In this document: piece by piece, positions 10,789-20,838 of the stretch
Layout of the letters: every line of letters begins with the position of its first letter
Position numbering within the stretch: position 1 is the stretch's first letter
Assembly: GCA_963674595.2 (NCBI GenBank)
Contig: CAXXFV010000004.1
Location: 192,001-256,000, forward strand
Direction: 5' to 3'
From: a bacterium
GTDB taxonomy: Bacteria > Zhuqueibacterota > Zhuqueibacteria > Residuimicrobiales > Krinioviventaceae
Length of the DNA: 64,000 bases
Notes under the pieces: model-generated
What the model was told of the DNA's origin: nothing
The model's input: the letters and a program-made list of their open reading frames with translations, nothing else
The model's database searches: none
Program-made: the position numbers and the translations under genes

Positions 10789-11970
10789 ATGAAAACTATT
10801 ACATACAATCTGGCCGCAGCAGAAAAAAACTCGGACAATTATTATCAGGATGTTCGTTTATTTACAGAACAGGTTTTACACGCAACAGAACCGGAAATAA
10901 TGTCTTTTGTAAACGGATTTGTTCAATATATTAACAAAACACATTGCGAACCAACGAGAGCAGAAAAAGAATATATTTTTGATATATTGACATTAGGCGT
11001 ACTTTGGAACATTTACAGTGGCAATGCCTTACAGACATCAAAATCCGTTAATCGTTTTTTAGCTTTTCTATACCATTTCAGAAGAAAACACCCCAAATTA
11101 AAATCCTCAATTGATTCCGTCAGGGGCATCCTTTCAACTCTTTATTTAACGCAGCGAAAAATTCATGCTGAATATCTATCTCTAAACAATGCAAAAAAGC
11201 TGATCGTATGGCTTGATGCAACAGGAGAGTTCCGCGAAGAAGTAAAAAGAATACAATTGATTCTAAATTATATGGAAACCTTTCCTGAAAAGAAACAGGG
11301 ATTTTATTTTGCTGTCTTTACAGACTTTGCATTTTGGTTCCAGAAAAACAGTCCATATTTTCTTGAAAAATATACAATTCATGTTGCTGACTTTAGGAAA
11401 ACCCAGCTTTCTTCTCATAAATGGAAGGAAGACTATATATTTTGTGGACGGCATCAAACAGAATATCATCTGAGCATGGTTGGCGCTGAATTGATGAACC
11501 AGGCCTTTCGGGCAGATTTTTCAAAAACACAGCGCAAAACAGTGCTTGTCCCTGCCTGTATGCGTAAAAATCAGCCACAAACATGTAAAGCAAAAAAAGT
11601 ATCGCTTGATTATAAATGCTCCGGCTGCACGCAGGATTGCCGCGTTAACAAACTTCGATTATTAGGTCTAGAACACAAATTCGATGTCAGCATTATTCCC
11701 CACTCTTCGGATTTTTCAGCCTGGTTAAAAAACTGGGCTGCCGGCAAAGAAATCGGTGTTGTCGGAGTGGCCTGTCCTTTAAACCTCATAACCGGCGGGT
11801 TGGAGCTTCGTGCATTAAACATCCCGGCCCAATGTATCTTGCTGGATTATTGCGGATGTAAAAATCATTGGCACAAAATCGGTTTCCCGACAGAAATTAA
11901 CACAGAGGAACTGCTCAATTTACTTGAAATTAAAAAACCATCTATAAAGCCGGTATTATTGGCAAGCTGA
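10789..11970 (+). CDS. DUF116 domain-containing Cys-rich protein
   Basis: C-terminal VPACMR..C..CSGCTQDC..VGVAC..L..GG..GCKNHW pattern resembles DUF116. ATG at 10789 preferred. Confidence 0.7.
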   Translation: MKTITYNLAAAEKNSDNYYQDVRLFTEQVLHATEPEIMSFVNGFVQYINKTHCEPTRAEKEYIFDILTLGVLWNIYSGNALQTSKSVNRFLAFLYHFRRKHPKLKSSIDSVRGILSTLYLTQRKIHAEYLSLNNAKKLIVWLDATGEFREEVKRIQLILNYMETFPEKKQGFYFAVFTDFAFWFQKNSPYFLEKYTIHVADFRKTQLSSHKWKEDYIFCGRHQTEYHLSMVGAELMNQAFRADFSKTQRKTVLVPACMRKNQPQTCKAKKVSLDYKCSGCTQDCRVNKLRLLGLEHKFDVSIIPHSSDFSAWLKNWAAGKEIGVVGVACPLNLITGGLELRALNIPAQCILLDYCGCKNHWHKIGFPTEINTEELLNLLEIKKPSIKPVLLAS

Positions 11971-12066
11971 TAAAAAGACTGACAATTTTTACGATTCCGG
12001 ATTGTATTTTAAAATAAAAATTCTTTTATTGGTGCATGAAACACGAGTATTAAAAGAAAGATATTC

Positions 12067-13059
12067 ATGCCCATGCGACCCTTTAACATATCCCGCCTTT
12101 CCTCGGGTGGATTAATCACCAACTATTACTGCTCTTCTGCCTGCCGGCACTGCCTGTATCGTTGTCATCCCAAATGGCCCAGGAAATATATTACCCGGGA
12201 AACGGGTGAAAAAAACCTGCAAAAAATTTCCGGCATGGGCTGCCGCTCCATACACATCGGCGGTGGCGAACCCATGTTAAACATCCCTGGCCTGCTCGAT
12301 GTTCTGGATATAGCAAAATCCAATGGAATTTACATCGACTATGTTGAAACCAATTCCTCATGGTATAGTGATCACGACTCCTGCTGCCGAATCCTTGAAA
12401 AATTACCCCGGCAGGGCGTATCTACCCTACTTGTCTCCATCAGTCCCTTTCATAATGAATTCATCCCCTTTTACAAAGTCAAAGGTGTTATACAGGCCTG
12501 TCGCAGTACCGGCATCCAGGTTTTTCCCTGGATAAGTGATTTTTATTCCGAAATGGACCAATTGGATGATAGCCAAAAACACGCCATGCAGGAATATGCA
12601 GAACTGTTTGGTCCGAATTATGAAAAACAATTGTTAAACCGTTATTGGATATCTCCGGGCGGCCGGGCTTTAGATTTGCTTCGCCGTCACAAACCTAGTT
12701 ATACCGTTGATGAAATACTGGCAGCTAATCCAATGGGCTGTTCTGAACTGACGGATGTCAGCCATTTTCACATAGACCTCTACAATAATTATATCCCAGG
12801 GTTATGTACTGGACTTGCCATACACAGAGAAGACTTGGGAAAACCGCTTTTGCCCCAGGAATATCCTTTTTTAAATATTCTTTACAATAAAGGCATACAG
12901 GCCTTTTTTAAATATGCACAGGAAAACACAGGCTTTACCCCAGGCAAAGACACATATATTAATAAATGTGAATTGTGTTTCGAGATCCGATCCTGTTTTA
13001 TAAACGCTAAAAACATTACCTCTAAAGAATTGCAGCCGGTTCAACACTATATGATATAA
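12067..13059 (+). CDS. radical SAM protein of unknown function
   Basis: CSSACRHC (CxxxCxxC), GGGEP, ETN, and C-terminal CELC. Confidence 0.88.
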   Translation: MPMRPFNISRLSSGGLITNYYCSSACRHCLYRCHPKWPRKYITRETGEKNLQKISGMGCRSIHIGGGEPMLNIPGLLDVLDIAKSNGIYIDYVETNSSWYSDHDSCCRILEKLPRQGVSTLLVSISPFHNEFIPFYKVKGVIQACRSTGIQVFPWISDFYSEMDQLDDSQKHAMQEYAELFGPNYEKQLLNRYWISPGGRALDLLRRHKPSYTVDEILAANPMGCSELTDVSHFHIDLYNNYIPGLCTGLAIHREDLGKPLLPQEYPFLNILYNKGIQAFFKYAQENTGFTPGKDTYINKCELCFEIRSCFINAKNITSKELQPVQHYMI

Positions 13060-13195
13060 ATCAGATAATGATCTGTCAAAAAAGATCAAGCAAACACATT
13101 TTTAAGCTGTTTTTTTCAAAAAAAGTAAAACTTTTTTCCACCGTTTCCGTATCTTTTATCGATTGTAAAATAAATACTAGTAATCAGGAGAAATT

Positions 13196-13753
13196 ATGGC
13201 AGAAAATCATGTTTGCCCTGTTTGGATAGGATACTTGCTGGCAAGTCCACTTAGAAAATTATTTCAAAATCCGGAAAAAATTTTAGCGCCATTTGTTAAA
13301 AAAGGAATGACAGTAATGGATATTGGCAGCGCCATGGGTTTTTTCAGCATACCGATGGCAAAAATGGTAGGATCGAATGGTAAAGTGGTTAGTGTGGACT
13401 TGCAGGAAAAAATGTTAACATCACTTAAAAAGAAAGCAACTAAAGCTGGTTTGGTAAATAGGATCGAAACACGTCTTTGTCAGAACGATACATTGGCAAT
13501 TGACGATTTTGAAGAAAAAATTGATCTTGTTCTGGCTTTTGCAGTTGTTCATGAAGTTCCGGATACACGTGCGTTTTTTACGGAGATTTATCCGGTCTTA
13601 AAAAAAGGCGGAACCCTTTTAGTAGCTGAACCCAAAGGTCATGTATCAGATAATGATTTTAAAGTAACGTTGGGAATTGCTAACGATGCTGGATTTAAAC
13701 TGGTAGATAATCCGGGGATTCATAAATCAAGAACAGCCGTATTACAAAAATAA
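13196..13753 (+). CDS. class I SAM-dependent methyltransferase
   Basis: VMDIGSAMGFF motif I and LKKGG. CAGGAG RBS. Confidence 0.88.
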   Translation: MAENHVCPVWIGYLLASPLRKLFQNPEKILAPFVKKGMTVMDIGSAMGFFSIPMAKMVGSNGKVVSVDLQEKMLTSLKKKATKAGLVNRIETRLCQNDTLAIDDFEEKIDLVLAFAVVHEVPDTRAFFTEIYPVLKKGGTLLVAEPKGHVSDNDFKVTLGIANDAGFKLVDNPGIHKSRTAVLQK

Positions 13754-13780
13754 TAAAGCCGGTTTAAAACCGGCTTTATT
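13752..13780. terminator. bidirectional intrinsic terminator
   Basis: Perfect inverted repeat AATAAAGCCGGTTT-A-AAACCGGCTTTATT between convergent genes. Confidence 0.85.
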
Positions 13781-14481
13781 TAAATTCGAAAATCCTGATA
13801 CTCTTCATAGAGCCTTTGTATTGCGGGAACATATTCCTGCGTCTCCCTCGCCAGAATTCCATGCTTTTTCCCACTGTCAAGCCAAAGAGCGGCACGCCGT
13901 TCACCTCCATTATAAGCTGCCAATCCGCCATCCACATCGTAAATTTCAATAAGAGACGAAAGATAACGCGAGCCGATGCGGATATTATAAATCGGATTAT
14001 ATAAAACCTCATCCGTTGATGTCCAGCTTATGTTTTCATAGGCGGCAACAAACATTCCGGTTGTCGGCATAATCTGCATTAAACCTTTGGCCCCAACCGG
14101 AGACATAACTTCAGGGTCCCAGGTTGCTGCGGATTCATGCGTGATTGTCGCACAAATCAAATCGACATTCAGGTTACTATACTTGTTTGCCATTCTTACA
14201 ATTTCTTCGGCAATCTCATATTTTTGGTGGTTTGGCATCTCTGTGTTAAACTGATCAATAATGGCAATAATTTTATGAATTTGATACTGCCGAATACTGT
14301 CCACCTGAATAGCTGATTGCATATTTTGCAAAAGGTTTTCCAATTCGGCAATTTTGTTTTCATTCTGTTTGTCGTTCAGGTACTTGAGCCCGGAAAATAT
14401 TCCGGTTATTAAAAATAAAATCACAAGAGATCTTGTGACGAAATTGGAAAAAATCAAACTTTTTATCGTGTGTTTTTTCAT
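13780..14481 (-). CDS. lytic transglycosylase (SLT domain), membrane-anchored
   Basis: ITHES catalytic Glu, GAKGLMQIMP, AAYNGG and ETQEYV motifs. N-terminal TM. Confidence 0.92.
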   Translation of the reverse strand: MKKHTIKSLIFSNFVTRSLVILFLITGIFSGLKYLNDKQNENKIAELENLLQNMQSAIQVDSIRQYQIHKIIAIIDQFNTEMPNHQKYEIAEEIVRMANKYSNLNVDLICATITHESAATWDPEVMSPVGAKGLMQIMPTTGMFVAAYENISWTSTDEVLYNPIYNIRIGSRYLSSLIEIYDVDGGLAAYNGGERRAALWLDSGKKHGILARETQEYVPAIQRLYEEYQDFRI

Positions 14482-14696
14482 TTTTAACCTAACATTAATA
14501 AAACTATCTTTTTAAAACAGTTTGAAATATACAAAACAAAAATACGGAAATCAATAATAATTAAAACTATTAACGTTAATTACGGATAATTTGTTTCAAT
14601 TTAGTAAACTATTAAAAAATAATTATGATTTTTATCACTTTTTCCCACGCAAATTAAGACAAATGTAGTACTTGTTAATGATTATAAAATTCCAGC

Positions 14697-14725
14697 TTGA
14701 TTTTGGATTCCTATTGTATTACATT
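14697..14725 (+). promoter_or_regulatory. sigma70-like promoter of RHH-sat-cysC
   Basis: TTGATT-N17-TACATT, about 22 nt upstream of the ATG at 14748. Confidence 0.45.
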
Positions 14726-14747
14726 TATACTCTTTTAGGAGTGTTAT

Positions 14748-14975
14748 ATGAGCGCAAAATCAAACGATAAAGTTACTATCAAAATACCCCGTATCCTTTA
14801 TGACCGTCTGGCAAAGATCGTAGATGATAGTGGTTTCAATTCCGTGACGGATTTTGTAGTCTATGTTCTTCGGGACCTGGCCTCAACAAAATCTCAATCT
14901 TTGGATGACGGTACACTATCCAAACAGGAGATTGATGTCATTCGAAAAAGACTGGAATCTCTGGGATATTTTTAA
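14748..14975 (+). CDS. CopG/ribbon-helix-helix small regulator
   Basis: VTIKIPRILYDRL...GFNSVTDFVVYVLR RHH pattern and C-terminal RLESLGY. AGGAG RBS. Confidence 0.8.
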   Translation: MSAKSNDKVTIKIPRILYDRLAKIVDDSGFNSVTDFVVYVLRDLASTKSQSLDDGTLSKQEIDVIRKRLESLGYF

Positions 14976-15038
14976 GTTGAAAATCGGGGCATAATATATT
15001 CTTTGAATTCATTTTATTAATAATAACAGGAGTATTAT

Positions 15039-16208
15039 ATGACGACAAAACTGGTTCCACCACATGGCGGTGTTTTAAAACCTCTAATGCTTGAAGGTGC
15101 TGAATTACAACAGGAAATTGAAAAAGCAAAATCTCTACCACAGGTCCGTCTTTCATCTCGTGAAACTTCAGACCTGATTATGATGGCCGTAGGCGCATTC
15201 AGTCCCTTGACAGGGTTTATGAAAGAAGCAGATTATAAAGGTGTAGTTGATAAAATGCGTATACAGGACGGCACATTATGGCCTATTCCTATTACACTAT
15301 CTGCACCAAAAGAACAGGCTGATTCGTTGGCCATCGGCTCAGAAGTCGCTCTCGTCGATGACGAAACCAACGAACTGATGGGCAGCATGGTTATTGAAGA
15401 AAAATATACTTATGATAAAAAGCACGAAGCAAAAATGGTTTTCCGTACGGAAGATGAAGCGCACCCAGGTGTCGCCAAAGTATATGCTCAACATGATATT
15501 TTATTAGCTGGTCCGGTAAAAGCTTTCAGCGAAGGACCTTATCCGAAAACTTATGGTGAACATTATGGCCGCCCGGCAGAAACACGCAAATTGTTTGAAG
15601 AAAAAGGATGGAAAACAGTTGCCGCTTTTCAAACAAGAAATCCTATTCACAGATCTCATGAATATTGCACGAAAATCGCCCTGGAAGTATGTGACGGACT
15701 TTTTATTCATCCATTGGTCGGTAAATTAAAAGCCGGTGATATTCCCGGTGAAATCCGTATGAAATGTTACGAAGAGTTGTTGGATAATTATTATCCCCAG
15801 GAACGTGTTGCTCTTAAAGTTTACCCTATGGAAATGCGTTACGGTGGTCCGCGTGAAGCAGTGTTGCACGCTGTTTTCCGTCAAAATTACGGATGCAGTC
15901 ATTTAATTATCGGTCGCGATCATGCCGGAGTCGGCAGCTATTATGGACCATTTGATGCACAAACGATATTTGAAGAAATTGATCGAGATGATTTGTATAT
16001 TAAACCTTTGAACATAGACTGGACATTCTGGTGCCATAAATGTGACGGCATGGCGTCCATGAAAACCTGTCCGCACGGAAAAGACGACCGCGTTCTTATC
16101 AGCGGTACCAAACTGCGGGAAATGCTGGACAATGGTGAAATGCCTCCAAAGGAATTCACCCGACCGGAAATTGGTCAAATACTAATGGATTATTACAAAA
16201 CGTTATAA
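15039..16208 (+). CDS. sat: sulfate adenylyltransferase (single-subunit Sat)
   Basis: [27 protein letters not shown] and ISGTKLR motifs. Confidence 0.96.
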   Translation: MTTKLVPPHGGVLKPLMLEGAELQQEIEKAKSLPQVRLSSRETSDLIMMAVGAFSPLTGFMKEADYKGVVDKMRIQDGTLWPIPITLSAPKEQADSLAIGSEVALVDDETNELMGSMVIEEKYTYDKKHEAKMVFRTEDEAHPGVAKVYAQHDILLAGPVKAFSEGPYPKTYGEHYGRPAETRKLFEEKGWKTVAAFQTRNPIHRSHEYCTKIALEVCDGLFIHPLVGKLKAGDIPGEIRMKCYEELLDNYYPQERVALKVYPMEMRYGGPREAVLHAVFRQNYGCSHLIIGRDHAGVGSYYGPFDAQTIFEEIDRDDLYIKPLNIDWTFWCHKCDGMASMKTCPHGKDDRVLISGTKLREMLDNGEMPPKEFTRPEIGQILMDYYKTL

Positions 16209-16219
16209 ACGGAGATAAC

Positions 16220-16828
16220 ATGGCACAACAAAAAGCAACAAATATAACGTGGCACGATGGTGCAATTACACGCGACGATCGTCAAAGACTCCTGGGTCAA
16301 AAAGGAGCTGTTATTTGGTTTACAGGGCTTTCCGGATCAGGAAAATCCACATTAGCGAATGCTGTTGAAGAAAAATTGTTCGAAGCAGGAAATTTAACGT
16401 ATGTTTTGGATGGTGACAATATCCGACATGGACTTAATAAGAACCTTGGTTTTTCACCGGAAGACCGGGAAGAAAATATTCGCCGAATCGGTGAAGTTGC
16501 CAAACTTTTTGCCGACGCCGGTGCTATTACAATGACGGCTTTTATTTCTCCCTACCGTGTAGACCGGGACAAAGCCCGTGCACTGCTCAACGATGGTGAA
16601 TTTATTGAAGTTTTTGTCAAAGTTCCTCTGGAAGTTGCAGAGCAACGCGACACCAAAGGACTTTATAAAAAAGCGCGTGCCGGAGAAATTAAAGAATTTA
16701 CCGGTATCTCCGCACCCTATGAAGAACCGGAAAATCCCGAGCTCGTTGTTGACACCAGCAAACTTTCACTTGAACAGAGTGTAGACCAGGTTCTGGACTA
16801 TTTGAAAGCAAACGGATTTATAAAATAG
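16220..16828 (+). CDS. cysC: adenylyl-sulfate kinase
   Basis: [22 protein letters not shown] and [11 protein letters not shown] motifs. Confidence 0.97.
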   Translation: MAQQKATNITWHDGAITRDDRQRLLGQKGAVIWFTGLSGSGKSTLANAVEEKLFEAGNLTYVLDGDNIRHGLNKNLGFSPEDREENIRRIGEVAKLFADAGAITMTAFISPYRVDRDKARALLNDGEFIEVFVKVPLEVAEQRDTKGLYKKARAGEIKEFTGISAPYEEPENPELVVDTSKLSLEQSVDQVLDYLKANGFIK

Positions 16829-16829
16829 T

Positions 16830-16856
16830 AAAAGCCCGATTTTTCGGGCTTTTTTT
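16830..16856 (+). terminator. intrinsic terminator after cysC
   Basis: AAAAGCCCGA-TTTT-TCGGGCTTTT followed by a T-run. Confidence 0.85.
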
Positions 16857-16916
16857 ATTTTAGCATGTTTTAAACATTTTTTTATGACATGAACTTAATT
16901 TTTAGTACTTTACCCC

Positions 16917-17837
16917 ATGCAAGAATATTATACTTTTTCAAAATTTTTAAAAGAAAAATACAAAGAAAAAGTCTGGAAAGTCAGCATCGACGCCGGTTTT
17001 GAGTGCCCGAATCGAAATGAAAAATCCGGACGCGGCGGTTGTATTTTTTGCAGAATGGACAGTTTTTCCAAGTGCCAATCCGAATATAATATCAACATAT
17101 ACGATCAAATCAGAGAAGGCATTGAGCTCGGCCGCGAACGCCTGGGCATTGAAAAATATATTATTTATTTTCAGGCATCTACAAATACAAACGCACCGGT
17201 AGAAATCCTTAAAGAATTGTATGAAAAAGCGATTGATTTCGACGGAGTGGTTGGCCTTTCTATCGCTACCCGCCCGGATTGTCTGGAAAATGATGTTGTC
17301 AGTCTTATTAATGAACTGGCCCATAAAGTTGATGTCTGGGTGGAACTGGGTTTACAAAGTGCTCACAATAAAACATTGGAATTGCTGAACCGCGGACACA
17401 GCTTTGAAGATTATGCCGTAGCGGTCGAAAAACTGTCCAAACTTCCTGTTCGTATTTGCACGCACATTATGCTGGGTTTGCCGGGTGAAAACCGGCAGGA
17501 TGTTTTGCATACGGCAAAAATCCTGGCGCACTCTCCTATTCATGAAGTTAAACTGCATCCTTTGCTGGTGTTAAAAGACACCATATTAGCGAAAATGTAT
17601 GAACAGAAAAAATTCAAAAGTCTGGAACTGGAAGAATATGCATCTCTGGCCTGCGATTTTATTGAACAGTTACCGGCTAATATGGTGATTCAACGGTTAA
17701 CTGCCGAATCACCGCATGATATTCTTTTAGCCCCGCTTTGGACAAAAAATAAACATGCGGTTATTAACAGTATTCGTCAGGAATTTAAAAATCGTCAAAC
17801 CTATCAGGGCTTTTTCTTAAACACACCATCAAATTGA
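16917..17837 (+). CDS. TIGR01212/YhcC family radical SAM protein
   Basis: DAGFECPNR...GGCIFC, YFQASTNT, TRPDC, VELGLQSAH and RQTYQG motifs. Confidence 0.92.
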   Translation: MQEYYTFSKFLKEKYKEKVWKVSIDAGFECPNRNEKSGRGGCIFCRMDSFSKCQSEYNINIYDQIREGIELGRERLGIEKYIIYFQASTNTNAPVEILKELYEKAIDFDGVVGLSIATRPDCLENDVVSLINELAHKVDVWVELGLQSAHNKTLELLNRGHSFEDYAVAVEKLSKLPVRICTHIMLGLPGENRQDVLHTAKILAHSPIHEVKLHPLLVLKDTILAKMYEQKKFKSLELEEYASLACDFIEQLPANMVIQRLTAESPHDILLAPLWTKNKHAVINSIRQEFKNRQTYQGFFLNTPSN

Positions 17838-17915
17838 TCAAAATGATAATTATTTTGTGTTTTATCGGATTTCTTTTTACATTTATTTCAACCATGACTA
17901 AAAAGAGAGAAAAAA

Positions 17916-18902
17916 ATGAAATATAAAGTCGGAATTGTAGGCGTCGGAAAACTGGGATCTTTTCATTGTAATTCTTTATCTCAAAACCCAAAAGCCGAAC
18001 TTGCAGGAGTTTATGATACGGACCAAACTCGTGTCGATGAAATCACATCAAAATTCAAATGTCAGGGATTTTCTAATGTAGACGACTTGATTGAAAATTC
18101 GGACATTGTCGGTATTATCGTGCCGACAACGCTGCACCTGGATATCGCTAAAAAAGCCATTCAGGCAAAAAAGCCGATTTTCGTTGAAAAGCCAATTGCA
18201 TCATCTGTGGAAGAAGCAGAAATAATGGTTAAATTGGCCGATGAAATGAACGTCCCCATACAGGTCGGTCATATCGAACGTTTTAATCCGGCCATACGGG
18301 CGGTTGATAAAAACGGCTTTAATCCCATGTTTATCGAATCTCACCGGCTGGCGCCATTTGATCCACGCGGAACAGATGTGGCTGTTATACTCGATTTGAT
18401 GATCCATGACATTGATATTATTCTCAGCCTGGTAAACAGCGATCCGGTGCAAATAAACGCCAATGGAGTTGCGGTTGTTTCCGATGAAATCGATATTGCC
18501 AACGCCCGCATTCAGTTTGAGAACGGTTGCGTCGCCAACATTACTGCCAGCCGTATTTCACAACGTAAAATGCGTAAAATGCGTTTGTTTCAAAAAGATT
18601 CTTATACTTCAATCGATTTTTTACAACGTTTGACCGAAGTATTTAAACTCGTGGATGAAAACAGTGGTCTTCCCAATACGGTTGTTCTGGGACAAATTGA
18701 TAAAGGTAAACATAAACGACATATTATTTATGATCAACCGGAAACGCCGGAACAAGATGCCATGCAGGCCGAATGGCACAGTTTTTTCAATGCTCTGGAA
18801 ACAAATACACCACCGATTGTCAGCGGTCATGACGGGTTAAAAGCCCTTCGCGTGGCATCTGAGATAATGCATATTATCGCAAAAAATCCGATAAAAGAGT
18901 AA
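17916..18902 (+). CDS. Gfo/Idh/MocA oxidoreductase, probable UDP-GlcNAc 3-dehydrogenase (GnnA-like)
   Basis: GVGKLG, EKP, QVGHIERFNPA and DLMIHDID motifs. Lies directly upstream of lpxB. Confidence 0.8.
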   Translation: MKYKVGIVGVGKLGSFHCNSLSQNPKAELAGVYDTDQTRVDEITSKFKCQGFSNVDDLIENSDIVGIIVPTTLHLDIAKKAIQAKKPIFVEKPIASSVEEAEIMVKLADEMNVPIQVGHIERFNPAIRAVDKNGFNPMFIESHRLAPFDPRGTDVAVILDLMIHDIDIILSLVNSDPVQINANGVAVVSDEIDIANARIQFENGCVANITASRISQRKMRKMRLFQKDSYTSIDFLQRLTEVFKLVDENSGLPNTVVLGQIDKGKHKRHIIYDQPETPEQDAMQAEWHSFFNALETNTPPIVSGHDGLKALRVASEIMHIIAKNPIKE

Positions 18903-18981
18903 GTTAAGATAGATTGTGTTATTAAACAGGGATGTTTGTCATAGGATGATCATCCCGTTTTTATTATTAAATTGAGGCAAA

Positions 18982-20109
18982 ATGTCCAAAAAAATAATGA
19001 TCATTGCCGGTGAAGCGTCCGGAGACCTTTACGGCGGGCAACTGGTCAAAGCACTATTTGAAAAAGACCCAAATCTGGAAATTTTCGGCGTAGGCGGCGA
19101 CAACATGAAATCAGCCGGAATGGAATTGTTCTACCACGTTGACCAGATGGCTATTATTGGTTTTATTGAAGTTGTTAAACATTTCCGGTTTATTAAAAAC
19201 GTTTTTTATCATTTATTGGCTGTATTGAAAAAGCGCAAACCGGATATCGTGGTGCTTATCGATTATCCGGGATTTAACCTGAGATTTGCAAAAAAAGCAA
19301 AAAAACACGGTGCAAAAATATTCTATTTTATAGCCCCGCAAGTTTGGGCCTGGGGACAGGGACGCGCCCCCAAAATGGCCAAATATATAGATAAGATGGG
19401 TGTTATTTTTGATTTTGAAGTACCGTTTTTCAGTAAATTTGGTTTGGACACCGAGTTTGTCGGGCATCCTCTTGTAGAAAAATTAAAAACCGTCAAAACG
19501 CGGCAAGAATTTTTTAATGACGAAAATCTGGATATGGAAAAACCGTTGCTTGGCCTTTTCCCAGGCAGCCGAAAACAGGAAATTGAAAAACTATTACCGG
19601 CTATGCTGCAAACCGCACAAACAATAAAAAGCAAACACCCAAACATACAGGTTGCCGTCAGCAAAGCCCCGACGATTTCATTGCAACATTTAAATCAATT
19701 TTTAAACACATTCCCGGATATTAAAATTATCAGCGGTGAATCCTATGATCTCATGAAATATTCTTCAGCCGCCATTGTCACCTCGGGCACGGCTACACTG
19801 GAAATGGCATGTTGGCATACGCCGTATATTATCATTTATCGCGTTTCAACCCTTTCCTATTTAATTGGAAAAAAAGTAATTAAAATCAAAAATATCGGCC
19901 TGGCAAATGTAGTTGCCGGGAAAGAACTTGTTAAAGAATTTATCCAGCATGATGCTGTTCCGGAAAAAATGGCGCCGGAGGTGGAAAAGCTTTTATTTGA
20001 TGCAAAATATAGAGAGGACCTTGTGTCATCTTTAAAAACCATAAATCAAAAGCTGGGGTCGGCCGGAGCTATTAAAAGAACCTCGGAAATCATAATCAAC
20101 ATGCTTTAA
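18982..20109 (+). CDS. lpxB: lipid-A-disaccharide synthase
   Basis: AGEASGD, IDYPGFN, PQVWAW, PGSR and SGTATLE motifs. Confidence 0.96.
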   Translation: MSKKIMIIAGEASGDLYGGQLVKALFEKDPNLEIFGVGGDNMKSAGMELFYHVDQMAIIGFIEVVKHFRFIKNVFYHLLAVLKKRKPDIVVLIDYPGFNLRFAKKAKKHGAKIFYFIAPQVWAWGQGRAPKMAKYIDKMGVIFDFEVPFFSKFGLDTEFVGHPLVEKLKTVKTRQEFFNDENLDMEKPLLGLFPGSRKQEIEKLLPAMLQTAQTIKSKHPNIQVAVSKAPTISLQHLNQFLNTFPDIKIISGESYDLMKYSSAAIVTSGTATLEMACWHTPYIIIYRVSTLSYLIGKKVIKIKNIGLANVVAGKELVKEFIQHDAVPEKMAPEVEKLLFDAKYREDLVSSLKTINQKLGSAGAIKRTSEIIINML

Positions 20110-20178
20110 TATCTTTTTATAAAAGAATTAAATGTGATATAAAGCACATTCATCTACTATTTCAATTTGTATTTTAAT

Positions 20179-20838
20179 ATGCTAAAATCGAAAAAAGAAT
20201 TTTTATCATATTTGGGCATCAAGCTCGCTTGGCTGCTCATTTTGTTCTTTGGAAAAACCGGAAGGATTTCCATTAAAAACCGCCACTATTTAAGACAAGC
20301 TGTGAAAAGCGGCAGACCTGTTATTTATGTGGTCTGGCATGGAAGAATGCTGCTGCCGATTTACATTCACAGAAAAGACGGTATTTGTGCCATGGTCAGT
20401 GAACATGGCGATGGCGAAATTATTGCCAAAACAATAGAACGGCTGGGATATACAACCGTACGCGGTTCCAGCACTCGCGGTGGAAGCAAAGCTTTTCGGC
20501 AAATGCTTAAAGTACTTAAAAATGGAACGCCCTGCACTATTTTACCGGACGGTCCACGCGGACCGCGTTATGAATTCAAAATCGGCGCCGTTTCCCTGGC
20601 ACAACGCTCCGACGCCCTGATTTTGCCGTTGTCGTTTTCATCTTCCAATCCTATTGTTCTTAAAAGCTGGGACCGTTTTACATTATGGAAACCATTTGCA
20701 AAATTATATGTAGTTTATGGAAAACCAATGATCGTTCCCAGGAAAATTTCTCAGGAAGAGCTGGAAGCATACCGTATTAAAATTGAAAATCAAATGAACG
20801 ATTTGCAAGAGCAGGCAGATGCAATTTTTTCAAACTAA
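20179..20838 (+). CDS. DUF374 lysophospholipid acyltransferase (LpxJ-like lipid A secondary acyltransferase)
   Basis: WHGR, SEHGDGE, RGSSTRGG, PDGPRGP and SWDRF motifs. Lies between lpxB and lpxK. Confidence 0.82.
   Translation: MLKSKKEFLSYLGIKLAWLLILFFGKTGRISIKNRHYLRQAVKSGRPVIYVVWHGRMLLPIYIHRKDGICAMVSEHGDGEIIAKTIERLGYTTVRGSSTRGGSKAFRQMLKVLKNGTPCTILPDGPRGPRYEFKIGAVSLAQRSDALILPLSFSSSNPIVLKSWDRFTLWKPFAKLYVVYGKPMIVPRKISQEELEAYRIKIENQMNDLQEQADAIFSN

Noticed and set aside
12067-13059. Anaerobic sulfatase-maturating enzyme for the nearby sulfatase
   Set aside because: It lacks a full Cys-rich SPASM domain and is about 15 kb from the sulfatase.
18924-18962. Hairpin GGGATG...CATCCC between the gnnA-like gene and lpxB as a riboswitch
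   Set aside because: It is only a short stem with a large loop and a T-run. At most it is a weak terminator or processing site, with no aptamer features.
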